A DNA stretch of 64,000 bases from an uncultured virus (IMG/VR IMGVR_UViG_3300031565_000002) (taxonomy: Duplodnaviria > Heunggongvirae > Uroviricota > Caudoviricetes). Each line of letters begins with the position of its first letter. The stretch's first letter is position 1. This document shows positions 10,757-18,720 of this stretch, one piece after another. The translations under genes and the position numbers were made by a program. Location of the stretch: the IMG/VR virus record IMGVR_UViG_3300031565_000002; one strand, 5' to 3'. Under the pieces are notes generated by a model. That model was not told the DNA's origin, did not search any database, and worked only from the letters and a program-made list of their open reading frames with translations.

Positions 10757-11479
10757 CTATATCCTTTTAACATTATATCTCAATGAATACCCTCTTGACT
10801 CGTCTACATTCTCAAATACTTTATTTATTCTTTCCAATTCATCCTTAATTAATACAAACTTTTGAACTAACATATCCTCAGGCCAACTATTAAGATCAGA
10901 GCTTGGCTTTCCACCAGCAGCATCGCTGAGTTCAGTGTAGAAATAAGAAGTCGGAAGATAAAACCGATCAAACTTACCGGCAAATGCCTTTAGCCTTTCT
11001 TTTAAATAGCCAATATGGGCAACTGCTTTTTCAAACGTCCTATCTTCATCGTCTGAGTCATACCCAAAATAAAATTGGAAATACGCTTGAATCTTATTGC
11101 CCTTAGGGAAATAAGTATACTCACCATGACCGTGACTATCAGTACCATCTTTCTGTAGATCATCCCCGATTACCCTTTTCTTCCTATCATCACTCAAATC
11201 AGAGTCAGCCCTAACGCCGTCTTCTGGATATGCCCAGAACAAGTGCCTTCTGCCACATACAAAGAACCCACCCATCAAGTATGATAGATTACCAGAACCA
11301 CATTCCGGACAAGTAACCCTAAAAAGGTCGCCATCTCTATCAATATAATTAGGCTCATAAGTAAGACTCTTCAAATAATCTTTATAGACATCATCAATTG
11401 TCGGAAGATTGTTTTCTTGGGGTGATTCTCCAGGAAACTGCTGAATAATCTTTGGTTTTCTAACAAACTTATTCATCAT
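10757..11479 (-). CDS. Hypothetical protein with zinc ribbon
   Basis: CPECGS...CGRRH; AGGAG RBS upstream. Confidence 0.6.
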   Translation of the reverse strand: MMNKFVRKPKIIQQFPGESPQENNLPTIDDVYKDYLKSLTYEPNYIDRDGDLFRVTCPECGSGNLSYLMGGFFVCGRRHLFWAYPEDGVRADSDLSDDRKKRVIGDDLQKDGTDSHGHGEYTYFPKGNKIQAYFQFYFGYDSDDEDRTFEKAVAHIGYLKERLKAFAGKFDRFYLPTSYFYTELSDAAGGKPSSDLNSWPEDMLVQKFVLIKDELERINKVFENVDESRGYSLRYNVKRI

Positions 11480-11528
11480 TTACTCCTTTCTATATACATA
11501 TATAATATAAACTCATCTTGATAAAAAT

Positions 11529-11561
11529 AAAAAAGGACTGACTTTTTCAAGTCAATCCTTT
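11529..11561 (-). terminator. Intrinsic terminator
   Basis: Imperfect inverted repeat aaaggactgactt/aagtcaatccttt followed by a U-run on the minus strand. Confidence 0.6.
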
Positions 11562-11584
11562 ATCAAAAAATATAATCAGGAGAT

Positions 11585-12205
11585 TTACTTTAATACATCG
11601 TATAATAATTCAGACTGTATAACCTTATTATTCTGTACTTTCTTCCTTATCACTACCCAACCATTATCCTGTGCAAATTTATCTTTTTCAGCATCCTTCA
11701 ATAATTGCTTACCGTTATGATATACTCCATCAAATTCAACAAATATCATTCTTTTAGATAATGCTAAATCAAAAATATAATTACCAAGAATAAACTCAAA
11801 CTCAAAATTTTCATTATTAAATTCTAAAAAATCTATTAACTTTTTATACTTCCACATTTCACGTAATAGCAAAGTCTCTTGAGCGGAAATAAGGTTTTTA
11901 CTTTCCAATCCAGATTTCCTTTGTGCATTACGTCTTTTATCAGTAACACTACCTGAAGATGCACAAGACCTTGAACAAAAGTCAGGACTCTTGGCTCCTG
12001 TTAATGTATCAAATGAAGATTTACAATATAAACATATTTTTTTTATAGGGACTCTTTTATCTAATCTTTCAGCATTTCTTTTCTTTGCAGCACATGATAA
12101 CCCACAATAAAAAATAGTCCGGCCATTCTTAACTTGCCTATTATATTCTCCACTATAAATTAGAAAACTATTACCGCAATATCCACAGATTAAATAAATA
12201 TCCAT
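11585..12205 (-). CDS. Free-standing homing-endonuclease-like protein (CxxC repeats + DUF559/Vsr-like nuclease)
   Basis: CGYC/CGLSC/CLYC/CSRSC repeats, then IFDLAL..IFVEFDGVYH..KDAEKD..GWVVIR; ATG at 12205 avoids overlap with the tmRNA. Confidence 0.75.
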   Translation of the reverse strand: MDIYLICGYCGNSFLIYSGEYNRQVKNGRTIFYCGLSCAAKKRNAERLDKRVPIKKICLYCKSSFDTLTGAKSPDFCSRSCASSGSVTDKRRNAQRKSGLESKNLISAQETLLLREMWKYKKLIDFLEFNNENFEFEFILGNYIFDLALSKRMIFVEFDGVYHNGKQLLKDAEKDKFAQDNGWVVIRKKVQNNKVIQSELLYDVLK

Positions 12206-12233
12206 AAAAGACTTATACAAAAATAAACTTAAT

Positions 12234-12593
12234 TGGAAGTGAGGGGAGTCGAACCCCTGTGTCATTAGCACCGTTAACAAGTCGCTACATGTTTAGTCTA
12301 TCTTTTTATAAACTCTCATCTTCTAATGCGCCGACAAACAAGCTCAATAAAAGACCAGTGCCTTATCTTACTCACCGGCCAACACTTCCGGCAAGCCAGT
12401 ACTCAAATTTGGGTCGAATCACAGTGAGTACACCCGTAATCCAACCAGACCACTTTTTTCTAAGCAGCCATACCGTATACTAACTCGTAATCTTCGCCAG
12501 TTAGTTTTTGTATCGGATGATTAACGAGGCCAACCGACATCCTCGACATGCTACTTGAAAATTATACCAAAGATCGAAAACCAGTACACTCCC
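12234..12593 (-). ncRNA. ssrA: tmRNA; tag ORF 12498->12460 encodes (A)GEDYELVYGMAA*
   Basis: 5' GGGAGUG pairs with 3' CACUUCC-A with G3.U70; T-arm AGGGG-UUCGACU-CCCCU; about 360 nt; internal ORF ending AA-stop after UAACU. Confidence 0.93.
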
Positions 12594-12596
12594 TTC

Positions 12597-12628
12597 GTTT
12601 CAATCCACGCACCAGTGAATGGCGCGAC
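12597..12628 (-). CRISPR. Solitary type I-C-like CRISPR repeat (not an array)
   Basis: 32-nt GTCGCGCCATTCACTGGTGCGTGGATTGAAAC has the GTCGC...GTGGATTGAAAC form with an internal hairpin; no second copy seen. Confidence 0.75.
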
Positions 12629-12668
12629 ACATTAAATTAATATTTTACTTTTTTTATCAAAATATCGT

Positions 12669-13007
12669 TTATTTATTATGATACTTCTTCCTTATCGCTA
12701 ATACAGGATCTTCAACTACTTCAACCTTATCGCTTTCATCATCCATTAAACTAGCAAGATTACTAACCAACCCAGTAGAAAGGCTTTCGTTCCCCGTATC
12801 AGAAACTATTGAAAAAACATCATTCTCAAGATTAATAGTTATTTCCATAGTATAAATATCCTTCTTAACCGGCTCTGATTCATCTTTCCCTAAACCCATC
12901 TGTGATCTTAAAAACTCAAGTAACATTTCCTGTAAATACTCAGTCTTTACCTGACTCCAAACCTTAAAAGTATCTTCCTTGAGATTGTACTGAATTTTTA
13001 TTTTCAA
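12669..13007 (-). CDS. Hypothetical protein (last gene of the Ubl/TROVE operon)
   Basis: 112-aa ORF starting 2 nt after the E1 stop. Confidence 0.6.
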   Translation of the reverse strand: MKIKIQYNLKEDTFKVWSQVKTEYLQEMLLEFLRSQMGLGKDESEPVKKDIYTMEITINLENDVFSIVSDTGNESLSTGLVSNLASLMDDESDKVEVVEDPVLAIRKKYHNK

Positions 13008-13009
13008 TA

Positions 13010-13657
13010 TTACTCCAATTCTAAAATTTTAAAATCTCCCAAAGTTATAGAACGAGAAACCTTATTCCCACTCTCAACATATTGAATAATTGTTTCAATT
13101 CCTACAATGGCTGACATCATACAAATGTTCCTCGATAAAGGATACTCGCACACATCAGGGCCGTTATTACCTTTTGGAACAATATATCTCTCATTCCATA
13201 CAACTTCACCATAACCTTCAGCTAATCCAATATGCAAACAATCAATTTTTCTTTCTTTACAAAAATCAGTAACAATTCCACGGCTCTCGCTATTATCAAA
13301 AGAATCAATAACAATCAGATTTTCTAATTCGGGCCAATTAATTTTCTTTATATTCGATTCAGTTAATCTTTGATCAATAACATTTATCTTAATGCCCATA
13401 CTGGCAAAAGCAATATTTTTCATCACCTGAACCTTTTTCGATCCGACTTCTCTTTTACCCCATATCTGCATTCCTCTATTATGGTCTTCAATGCGGTCAT
13501 TGTCAACTACGGTAATATTCTCAAACCCCTGCCTTATCATATTGACAATCAAATTAGAGCCAATAGCCCCGCAGCCACATACCACTATAGTATAATCTTT
13601 CAGCTTCGAAACAATATCTTTACCACGATACGACATTTCATGCTCTAAATGATGCAT
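13010..13657 (-). CDS. ThiF/E1-like ubiquitin-activating adenylyltransferase
   Basis: GCGAIGS nucleotide-binding loop, DNDRIEDHN, DSFDN; candidate catalytic Cys in DVCEY. Confidence 0.9.
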   Translation of the reverse strand: MHHLEHEMSYRGKDIVSKLKDYTIVVCGCGAIGSNLIVNMIRQGFENITVVDNDRIEDHNRGMQIWGKREVGSKKVQVMKNIAFASMGIKINVIDQRLTESNIKKINWPELENLIVIDSFDNSESRGIVTDFCKERKIDCLHIGLAEGYGEVVWNERYIVPKGNNGPDVCEYPLSRNICMMSAIVGIETIIQYVESGNKVSRSITLGDFKILELE

Positions 13658-14021
13658 CCCATTTTCCTTTCTGCTCTATTGCAAAATAGAAATTACCTAT
13701 AAAAAAATCCTTAACAAATTTAATCTTCTTATCCTTAGTAAATAAGTAAGAATTCCTTACTGTTTTATTACTATTCCATATACCACAAATAAGATCTTTC
13801 CAATGACAACTAACCCATGCCCCCATTGTTCTCCTATCTCTGTCGCTATATTCAATCCCATCTCCTGGGTGATTATGGTAAAAACCCAGCAACCACCTTG
13901 AATTATATACTTTCTCCCAGTCAAAGACAACATTAGCAGTGCCACCATTAGAATGATACACTATCCTTCCTATGCGGAACCATAATATTTTTATGCCAAA
14001 TAAAAAGTAACAATTTTCCAA
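13638..14021 (-). CDS. JAB/MPN+ (JAMM) metallopeptidase
   Basis: GFYHNHPGDGIEYSDRD fits HxH-x7-S-x2-D to within one residue of spacing (x6). Confidence 0.82.
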   Translation of the reverse strand: MENCYFLFGIKILWFRIGRIVYHSNGGTANVVFDWEKVYNSRWLLGFYHNHPGDGIEYSDRDRRTMGAWVSCHWKDLICGIWNSNKTVRNSYLFTKDKKIKFVKDFFIGNFYFAIEQKGKWDASFRA

Positions 14022-14030
14022 AATATTCCT

Positions 14031-14519
14031 TTATTTAAATAAATGCTCCTGCCCTGGCAATGTATATACATATACCTTAACGCTCGGGCAAGATTCCTTG
14101 ATACACTCTTCAATAATATTCCACTTCCCCTTCGCAAGCCCAGAGCCTATTCTCGGCATATGAATGGTACAATTATTATTACTAGCCTGATAATGTACAG
14201 ACCCAAGGCATCTCTTTAATGAACCATACCTAATAGGTGGTACACCATCAACTACCTTAGTCCCTTGCTGTGCAATCATATTTGCAACTATGATTTGAGT
14301 ATTAACACTGACCAGTTGAATGTTACCCAATTTAGGCTTTAAACCAAATTCATTAGGAGATTCGAACCACTTCCGGTATCCTTCTTCCGCTAATGGGTAT
14401 TTTTTGCTTAATGCCAAAACAAAACCTCTGCCCCACCCACCTATATCATTACAAACATGAGCAATAATAGCAGGCTTGACAATCGGTTCAGTTGCATCTC
14501 CGGTAATATATTCTATCAT
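14031..14519 (-). CDS. Macrodomain protein (ADP-ribose processing, TARG1/DarG-like)
   Basis: IEYITGDAT, AHVCNDIGGWGRGF, MPRIGSGLAKGKW. Confidence 0.88.
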   Translation of the reverse strand: MIEYITGDATEPIVKPAIIAHVCNDIGGWGRGFVLALSKKYPLAEEGYRKWFESPNEFGLKPKLGNIQLVSVNTQIIVANMIAQQGTKVVDGVPPIRYGSLKRCLGSVHYQASNNNCTIHMPRIGSGLAKGKWNIIEECIKESCPSVKVYVYTLPGQEHLFK

Positions 14520-14521
14520 AA

Positions 14522-15370
14522 TTAATTCCTTGTCCTTATTATTAAACTCCTGTTCTGCCCTTCTCTCATAACACCAACTAAACTTTTCAAATCAAAATCA
14601 CTATCATGACCATTCAAGCAAATACCGGCAGAAATAATATTATGGGCAGAATCCTTACTTACAAATGAAGTGTATTCATTTCCATCAACCATATAAGTAA
14701 TAGAATAACTGTCCTTACGCTCTCTATATGAAACTAATTCACCGCCAGCATGAGAAACAGCATCTTTAAGTCCATCTTTAGCCGTCTTCTTATGTAATTC
14801 TTTATCCATTCCAAATTTAATTGCATAAGCTGCCTTTTCCTCAAACATGAGTCCTGAAAACTTTAGTTTATCTGGCTTTAGTGCTTTAGAATAATTTTCT
14901 CTTAAATATTCACCTTTCATTAAATCATTATTCTGGTCTGCTATTTCAAACCATATATTACAACCATCGAATCTACAAATAACAATTTCGAAATCAAGGG
15001 TATTATCATCTGTCAAATATATTGGTAACAATGATTCAGAACTAATCCCCAATTTATTCCCCTTCTGAGGAATACCATAATAAACACCATTATTCTTATA
15101 AGAAGTGACCAATCTTATTGATGGTAATTTTTTCAAATATGCATCAACATCACTAAAATCTGCTTCACTCTCAACTTTCGCATTCTCAAAATTAGTAGGC
15201 TTAAACATATACCACCCAGGATCAATAGCCTTGATCTTCAAGGTATGAACTACACCCTGGATTCTCATTGCAACAATCCTATTGCCAAAAACAGGAGAGA
15301 TAAATTCCATTTCTGTAATTTTACTCTCCTGTTCAGCAAACTTATCCAAAATTTTAAGTGGATCAACCAT
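14522..15370 (-). CDS. Operon protein with a putative divergent E2-like C-terminal domain
   Basis: AHNIISAGICLNG resembles the E2 HPN..G.ICL active site; lies among Ubl/E1/JAB genes. Confidence 0.45.
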   Translation of the reverse strand: MVDPLKILDKFAEQESKITEMEFISPVFGNRIVAMRIQGVVHTLKIKAIDPGWYMFKPTNFENAKVESEADFSDVDAYLKKLPSIRLVTSYKNNGVYYGIPQKGNKLGISSESLLPIYLTDDNTLDFEIVICRFDGCNIWFEIADQNNDLMKGEYLRENYSKALKPDKLKFSGLMFEEKAAYAIKFGMDKELHKKTAKDGLKDAVSHAGGELVSYRERKDSYSITYMVDGNEYTSFVSKDSAHNIISAGICLNGHDSDFDLKSLVGVMREGQNRSLIIRTRN

Positions 15371-15374
15371 GCTT

Positions 15375-17006
15375 TTAAGCTACTTTCTTTTTTCTACCTT
15401 TCCTTAGCTTCCGAAAAATCTCATCGAAAGGTTTGCGGACAGGTAACGGATAATCCTGAATCTCATAAAGCAATTCTAACTTTGATTTCTGAGATAACAA
15501 TGGGATTAATCCCGGTAAAGCATAATATCCTTTATCGTCATCTGAAATATCAAACTGGGTATAATCTCCCACAGCATTTGTTAGCCCAGCCCTAAAATTT
15601 CTGATCCAAGAAGGCTCATTACCATAACGTGAATCAGCATCAACTCTGATAACAACAACATTAGGATCAACATTCATAGCATTTTTATAAGATGTAATAG
15701 CATCGCCTATAAATGGTGCACGGTTTTCTCCTTCATCCGTAATCAAAACTATCTGCTCGACATAATACTTCATTCTCTGGAGAAACGCTACACCGACACC
15801 AACAGATGTCGCTCCACCAGCATTGACACCTCTAAATGCATCCTCCCACGAAGTCATTGTATGACTTTTAGACTTTATTTCACGTGCCATAGTATCAGCG
15901 GTCAAAACGTAAAGTTTATCATTAGTAGCACCAGAAATCATAGATGCTACTATCTTACCAACCTCAATAGCAATGTCCATACTCGCTGAAACATCAACTA
16001 TTACAGCAGTTGGTAAATTGATAGTTCTTTTCCTCTTGATACTTTCATCGGCAACCTTATCTAACTGATCTGCAATTTCAGAATCTTCAACGCCGGATGA
16101 TGTCTTGGCAACTTTTGCCTTTAATCCAGATACATGCTTCGCACTCTCTGCCTTTTTCAACTTCTCCATAACAAGTTTTTTAAGGTCAGGATTGTTATAC
16201 GCACCACGATCCCTCAATGATCCAATGTTATTAATTACCTGTTGAGGAGTCATCTGACTAATCAAAGCAGTAAGAATACTCGGAGTCATTTTCTTAATAA
16301 GACCAACAGCAGTAATATAAGGAACGTTATTCTTTATAATAAGTTCTGCCTTTTTAGCCGGACTTCTGGCTTCCATGATCTGCTTCAATATAATAAGCTT
16401 ACTATCTTCAGGGATATTTCTATCAAAAAGAATAGCCTTTGCCCTGTCAGATGGCTTCATCTGAATCGACGCATATAACCCGATTATTGGATTAAAGTTA
16501 GAAAGCACTACATCATCAAACCTATCATTATCACTCTCAAGCCACTTTAGATAATTGGCTATTTCAACCTTTAATGAACGGGTAAGATATCTTTTAAGCC
16601 CTACATATTTCTTCTCTGTAATAGGCTTATCAATAGTTTTTCCACCCTTAATCTTAATCTTCTTAGTTTTGTCCCTGGTCGTTATTTTAACCGGCTTTCC
16701 TCTAATAAGACCTTTTACTCTTTCCTTCATAAAAGGTGGAAGAAGCCTGAAAAGAGCCAGCCCTGTCTCTCTATTATCAATAAATGGATCAACACATAAC
16801 AAACCGGTAAAAACCTCATTATGATCCCTGATTTCACCAAATTCCCCATGCCAAGCTGCTAGCCGTGCATAAAAAAGTGGATCTGATTTCTGAACTGCCC
16901 TATGCACCTCGATAATCTTATCAAGGTCGCGATGAGGGCATTGTAAAATTGAGTTCAATAAAGAGACTCGCTCATCCGACTCAGGTCTGGATGTATCTCT
17001 AGTCAT
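15375..17006 (-). CDS. TROVE/Ro60-like helical domain + vWA domain protein
   Basis: N-terminal DPLFYARLAAW..IRD as in TROVE proteins; C-terminal MIDAS DVSASM, GGATS, LITDEGEN. Confidence 0.78.
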   Translation of the reverse strand: MTRDTSRPESDERVSLLNSILQCPHRDLDKIIEVHRAVQKSDPLFYARLAAWHGEFGEIRDHNEVFTGLLCVDPFIDNRETGLALFRLLPPFMKERVKGLIRGKPVKITTRDKTKKIKIKGGKTIDKPITEKKYVGLKRYLTRSLKVEIANYLKWLESDNDRFDDVVLSNFNPIIGLYASIQMKPSDRAKAILFDRNIPEDSKLIILKQIMEARSPAKKAELIIKNNVPYITAVGLIKKMTPSILTALISQMTPQQVINNIGSLRDRGAYNNPDLKKLVMEKLKKAESAKHVSGLKAKVAKTSSGVEDSEIADQLDKVADESIKRKRTINLPTAVIVDVSASMDIAIEVGKIVASMISGATNDKLYVLTADTMAREIKSKSHTMTSWEDAFRGVNAGGATSVGVGVAFLQRMKYYVEQIVLITDEGENRAPFIGDAITSYKNAMNVDPNVVVIRVDADSRYGNEPSWIRNFRAGLTNAVGDYTQFDISDDDKGYYALPGLIPLLSQKSKLELLYEIQDYPLPVRKPFDEIFRKLRKGRKKKVA

Positions 17007-17044
17007 ACAACCCTCCTTGTAAAATGATAAAACTTAATTATTTA

Positions 17045-17302
17045 TTATTTTCCGAATTCAGCGTCAGGTCGGACCGTTGCATTACCATTAGCATGTCGCT
17101 CAATAGTATAGTCTGAGAACTCCGATAATGCTACATCGAGGTGATCTGATACCGCTGTTTTAATTTGAGTATCAGATAAATCTTGTACATTATCGGCTGC
17201 ACCTTCAGCAACACCAAGGGCTTGCAATCTTCCCTGTGGGAAAAGTGTAGTAAGGTCAAAGTCCTGAGACTGATTTCTGAATTTAACATGAACTGTAGCC
17301 AT
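17045..17302 (-). CDS. Ubiquitin-like (beta-grasp) small protein
   Basis: 85 aa, N-terminal beta strands, C-terminal TVRPDAEFG-K; GGAGG RBS; first gene of an E1/JAB operon. Confidence 0.65.
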   Translation of the reverse strand: MATVHVKFRNQSQDFDLTTLFPQGRLQALGVAEGAADNVQDLSDTQIKTAVSDHLDVALSEFSDYTIERHANGNATVRPDAEFGK

Positions 17303-17336
17303 AATGTACCTCCAAATGCGATAAATCTATAAAAAA

Positions 17337-17475
17337 GGGTTAGCGTCCGTTTTGAAAATGCAAGTTTTGGTTTGCGTAATAGGAATTGAACCTACGACAA
17401 TTTGATTAGTAATCAAATGCTCTACCAACTGAGCTATATGCAATGTATGCATTAAAGGTCGAAGACGCTTAACCC
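17337..17475 (-). ncRNA. Y-RNA-like ncRNA: terminal stem enclosing a complete 76-nt tRNA-like module (17368..17443, anticodon ACU)
   Basis: GGGUUA-A-GCGUC pairs with GACGC-UAACCC; inner AAUGCA/UGCAUU stem; cloverleaf ending ACCA; followed by U6. Confidence 0.72.
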
Positions 17476-17502
17476 ATATTATTCCTTAATAAACTTTTAA
17501 TT

Positions 17503-17531
17503 AATATAACCACAAAAGTAAAAAAAGTCAA
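17503..17531 (-). promoter_or_regulatory. sigma70-type promoter for the ncRNA/Ubl operon
   Basis: TTGACT-17 nt-TATATT. Confidence 0.7.
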
Positions 17532-17538
17532 CAACTTT

Positions 17539-17946
17539 TTATTTTTTCCCATTTTTATTCATCGTAGCAGATATCCTGCTATTATTTTCTTTAACTAACA
17601 TATCAGTATTAAACTCTTCATTACATCTTTTACATTTATAAAAAACATACTTATATTTAACGTCACATTCCCCTGTTTTATCAATTTCTGTTCGTTCTCG
17701 AAGAATATGATCACCATTACTACAATTGGGACATTCAACCCCTTCTTCACCGGCAATATCAGAAAATCTTCTACGATGAGATATTAATTCATCTCCATAC
17801 AACTTCCCCTTCATTGCTCTCCATGCAGTAATTGGGAGTTCGATAGTGACTCTAGCCATATCATAAGCACCACTCTTATTACTCTTCGAACGAAAATACT
17901 CTTCATTCCTAACTTCAATATCTTTATTCATTGTTTTATCTTCCAT
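17539..17946 (-). CDS. Hypothetical protein with zinc ribbon
   Basis: CPNC...CKRC. Confidence 0.6.
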   Translation of the reverse strand: MEDKTMNKDIEVRNEEYFRSKSNKSGAYDMARVTIELPITAWRAMKGKLYGDELISHRRRFSDIAGEEGVECPNCSNGDHILRERTEIDKTGECDVKYKYVFYKCKRCNEEFNTDMLVKENNSRISATMNKNGKK

Positions 17947-17987
17947 ATCCTAATATAACAAAATAAAGAAAAAAATCAATAAAACTA

Positions 17988-18251
17988 TTATTTTTTTTCA
18001 TTTATCATTTTTATAACACCATCTTCCATTTCAACATAATTAACAGCCTCATTAGCAATAGCTTCAATATGTTTATCAGTTAATGATATTACTACACCAC
18101 CATCTTCATCCGATACTTCCATAAAATCAATATCATCACCACACATATTATAAAGCATCTTAGCTAACCAATCAACTTTACCAAGAGGTATTTTACCCTT
18201 AAATGAAACATTTCTTCTGTTCATATTACTTCGGTTTTTTTGAAGGGGCAA
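17988..18251 (-). CDS. Hypothetical protein
   Basis: Small ORF in the gene run; start uncertain. Confidence 0.5.
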   Translation of the reverse strand: MPLQKNRSNMNRRNVSFKGKIPLGKVDWLAKMLYNMCGDDIDFMEVSDEDGGVVISLTDKHIEAIANEAVNYVEMEDGVIKMINEKK

Positions 18252-18720
18252 GTTTTAACACATTAAAATCTTCATCATTATTATCATTCAGGAATCTGCC
18301 ATTCAATTTTTCGAAAATAACCCTGATCATTAACGTCTGTAAAATCGACTCCTGAATATACCTTTTAGTTAAAACGTCAGGATTCGGGATACCATCCGTA
18401 TTCATGTGCGCAAGCACTTCTTGAAGCCTTAATATTTTACCATCTAATTCATTTAAAAGTTCTTCATATTCATTATCGGAAACATCTTTAACCGGTATAT
18501 TATTTCTAACTTCACCAAGTTTATACGTTAATGCCAAAAAAGTCTCATAACTCTCATGTGAATCACCCAATACAATAAATTCAACAGGATCTTCATCAGA
18601 AGTAGATGTAGTGTTAATCTCACTCTTAACTTGACGAACAATAGCTATTAAAATTATACCATTTATAAAAATAGCCAAAGGTATCCAAATACATAAAGTC
18701 AATACCATACATCTAACCAA
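18226..18720 (-). CDS. Hypothetical membrane-anchored protein
   Basis: N-terminal TM segment. Confidence 0.55.
   Translation of the reverse strand: MVRCMVLTLCIWIPLAIFINGIILIAIVRQVKSEINTTSTSDEDPVEFIVLGDSHESYETFLALTYKLGEVRNNIPVKDVSDNEYEELLNELDGKILRLQEVLAHMNTDGIPNPDVLTKRYIQESILQTLMIRVIFEKLNGRFLNDNNDEDFNVLKLAPSKKPK

Noticed and set aside
12259..12483. 74-aa plus-strand ORF
   Set aside because: Lies antisense within the tmRNA
12597..12670. CRISPR array
   Set aside because: Only one repeat copy, no repeat-spacer periodicity and no cas genes; reported as a solitary repeat instead
13010..13657. Thiamine or molybdopterin biosynthesis ThiF/MoeB
   Set aside because: No thi/moa genes nearby, no CxxC zinc pairs, and neighbours are JAB, Ubl and TROVE genes
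17368..17443. Ordinary tRNA-Ser(ACT)
   Set aside because: No long variable arm or G73, a mismatched acceptor stem, and enclosure by extra stems
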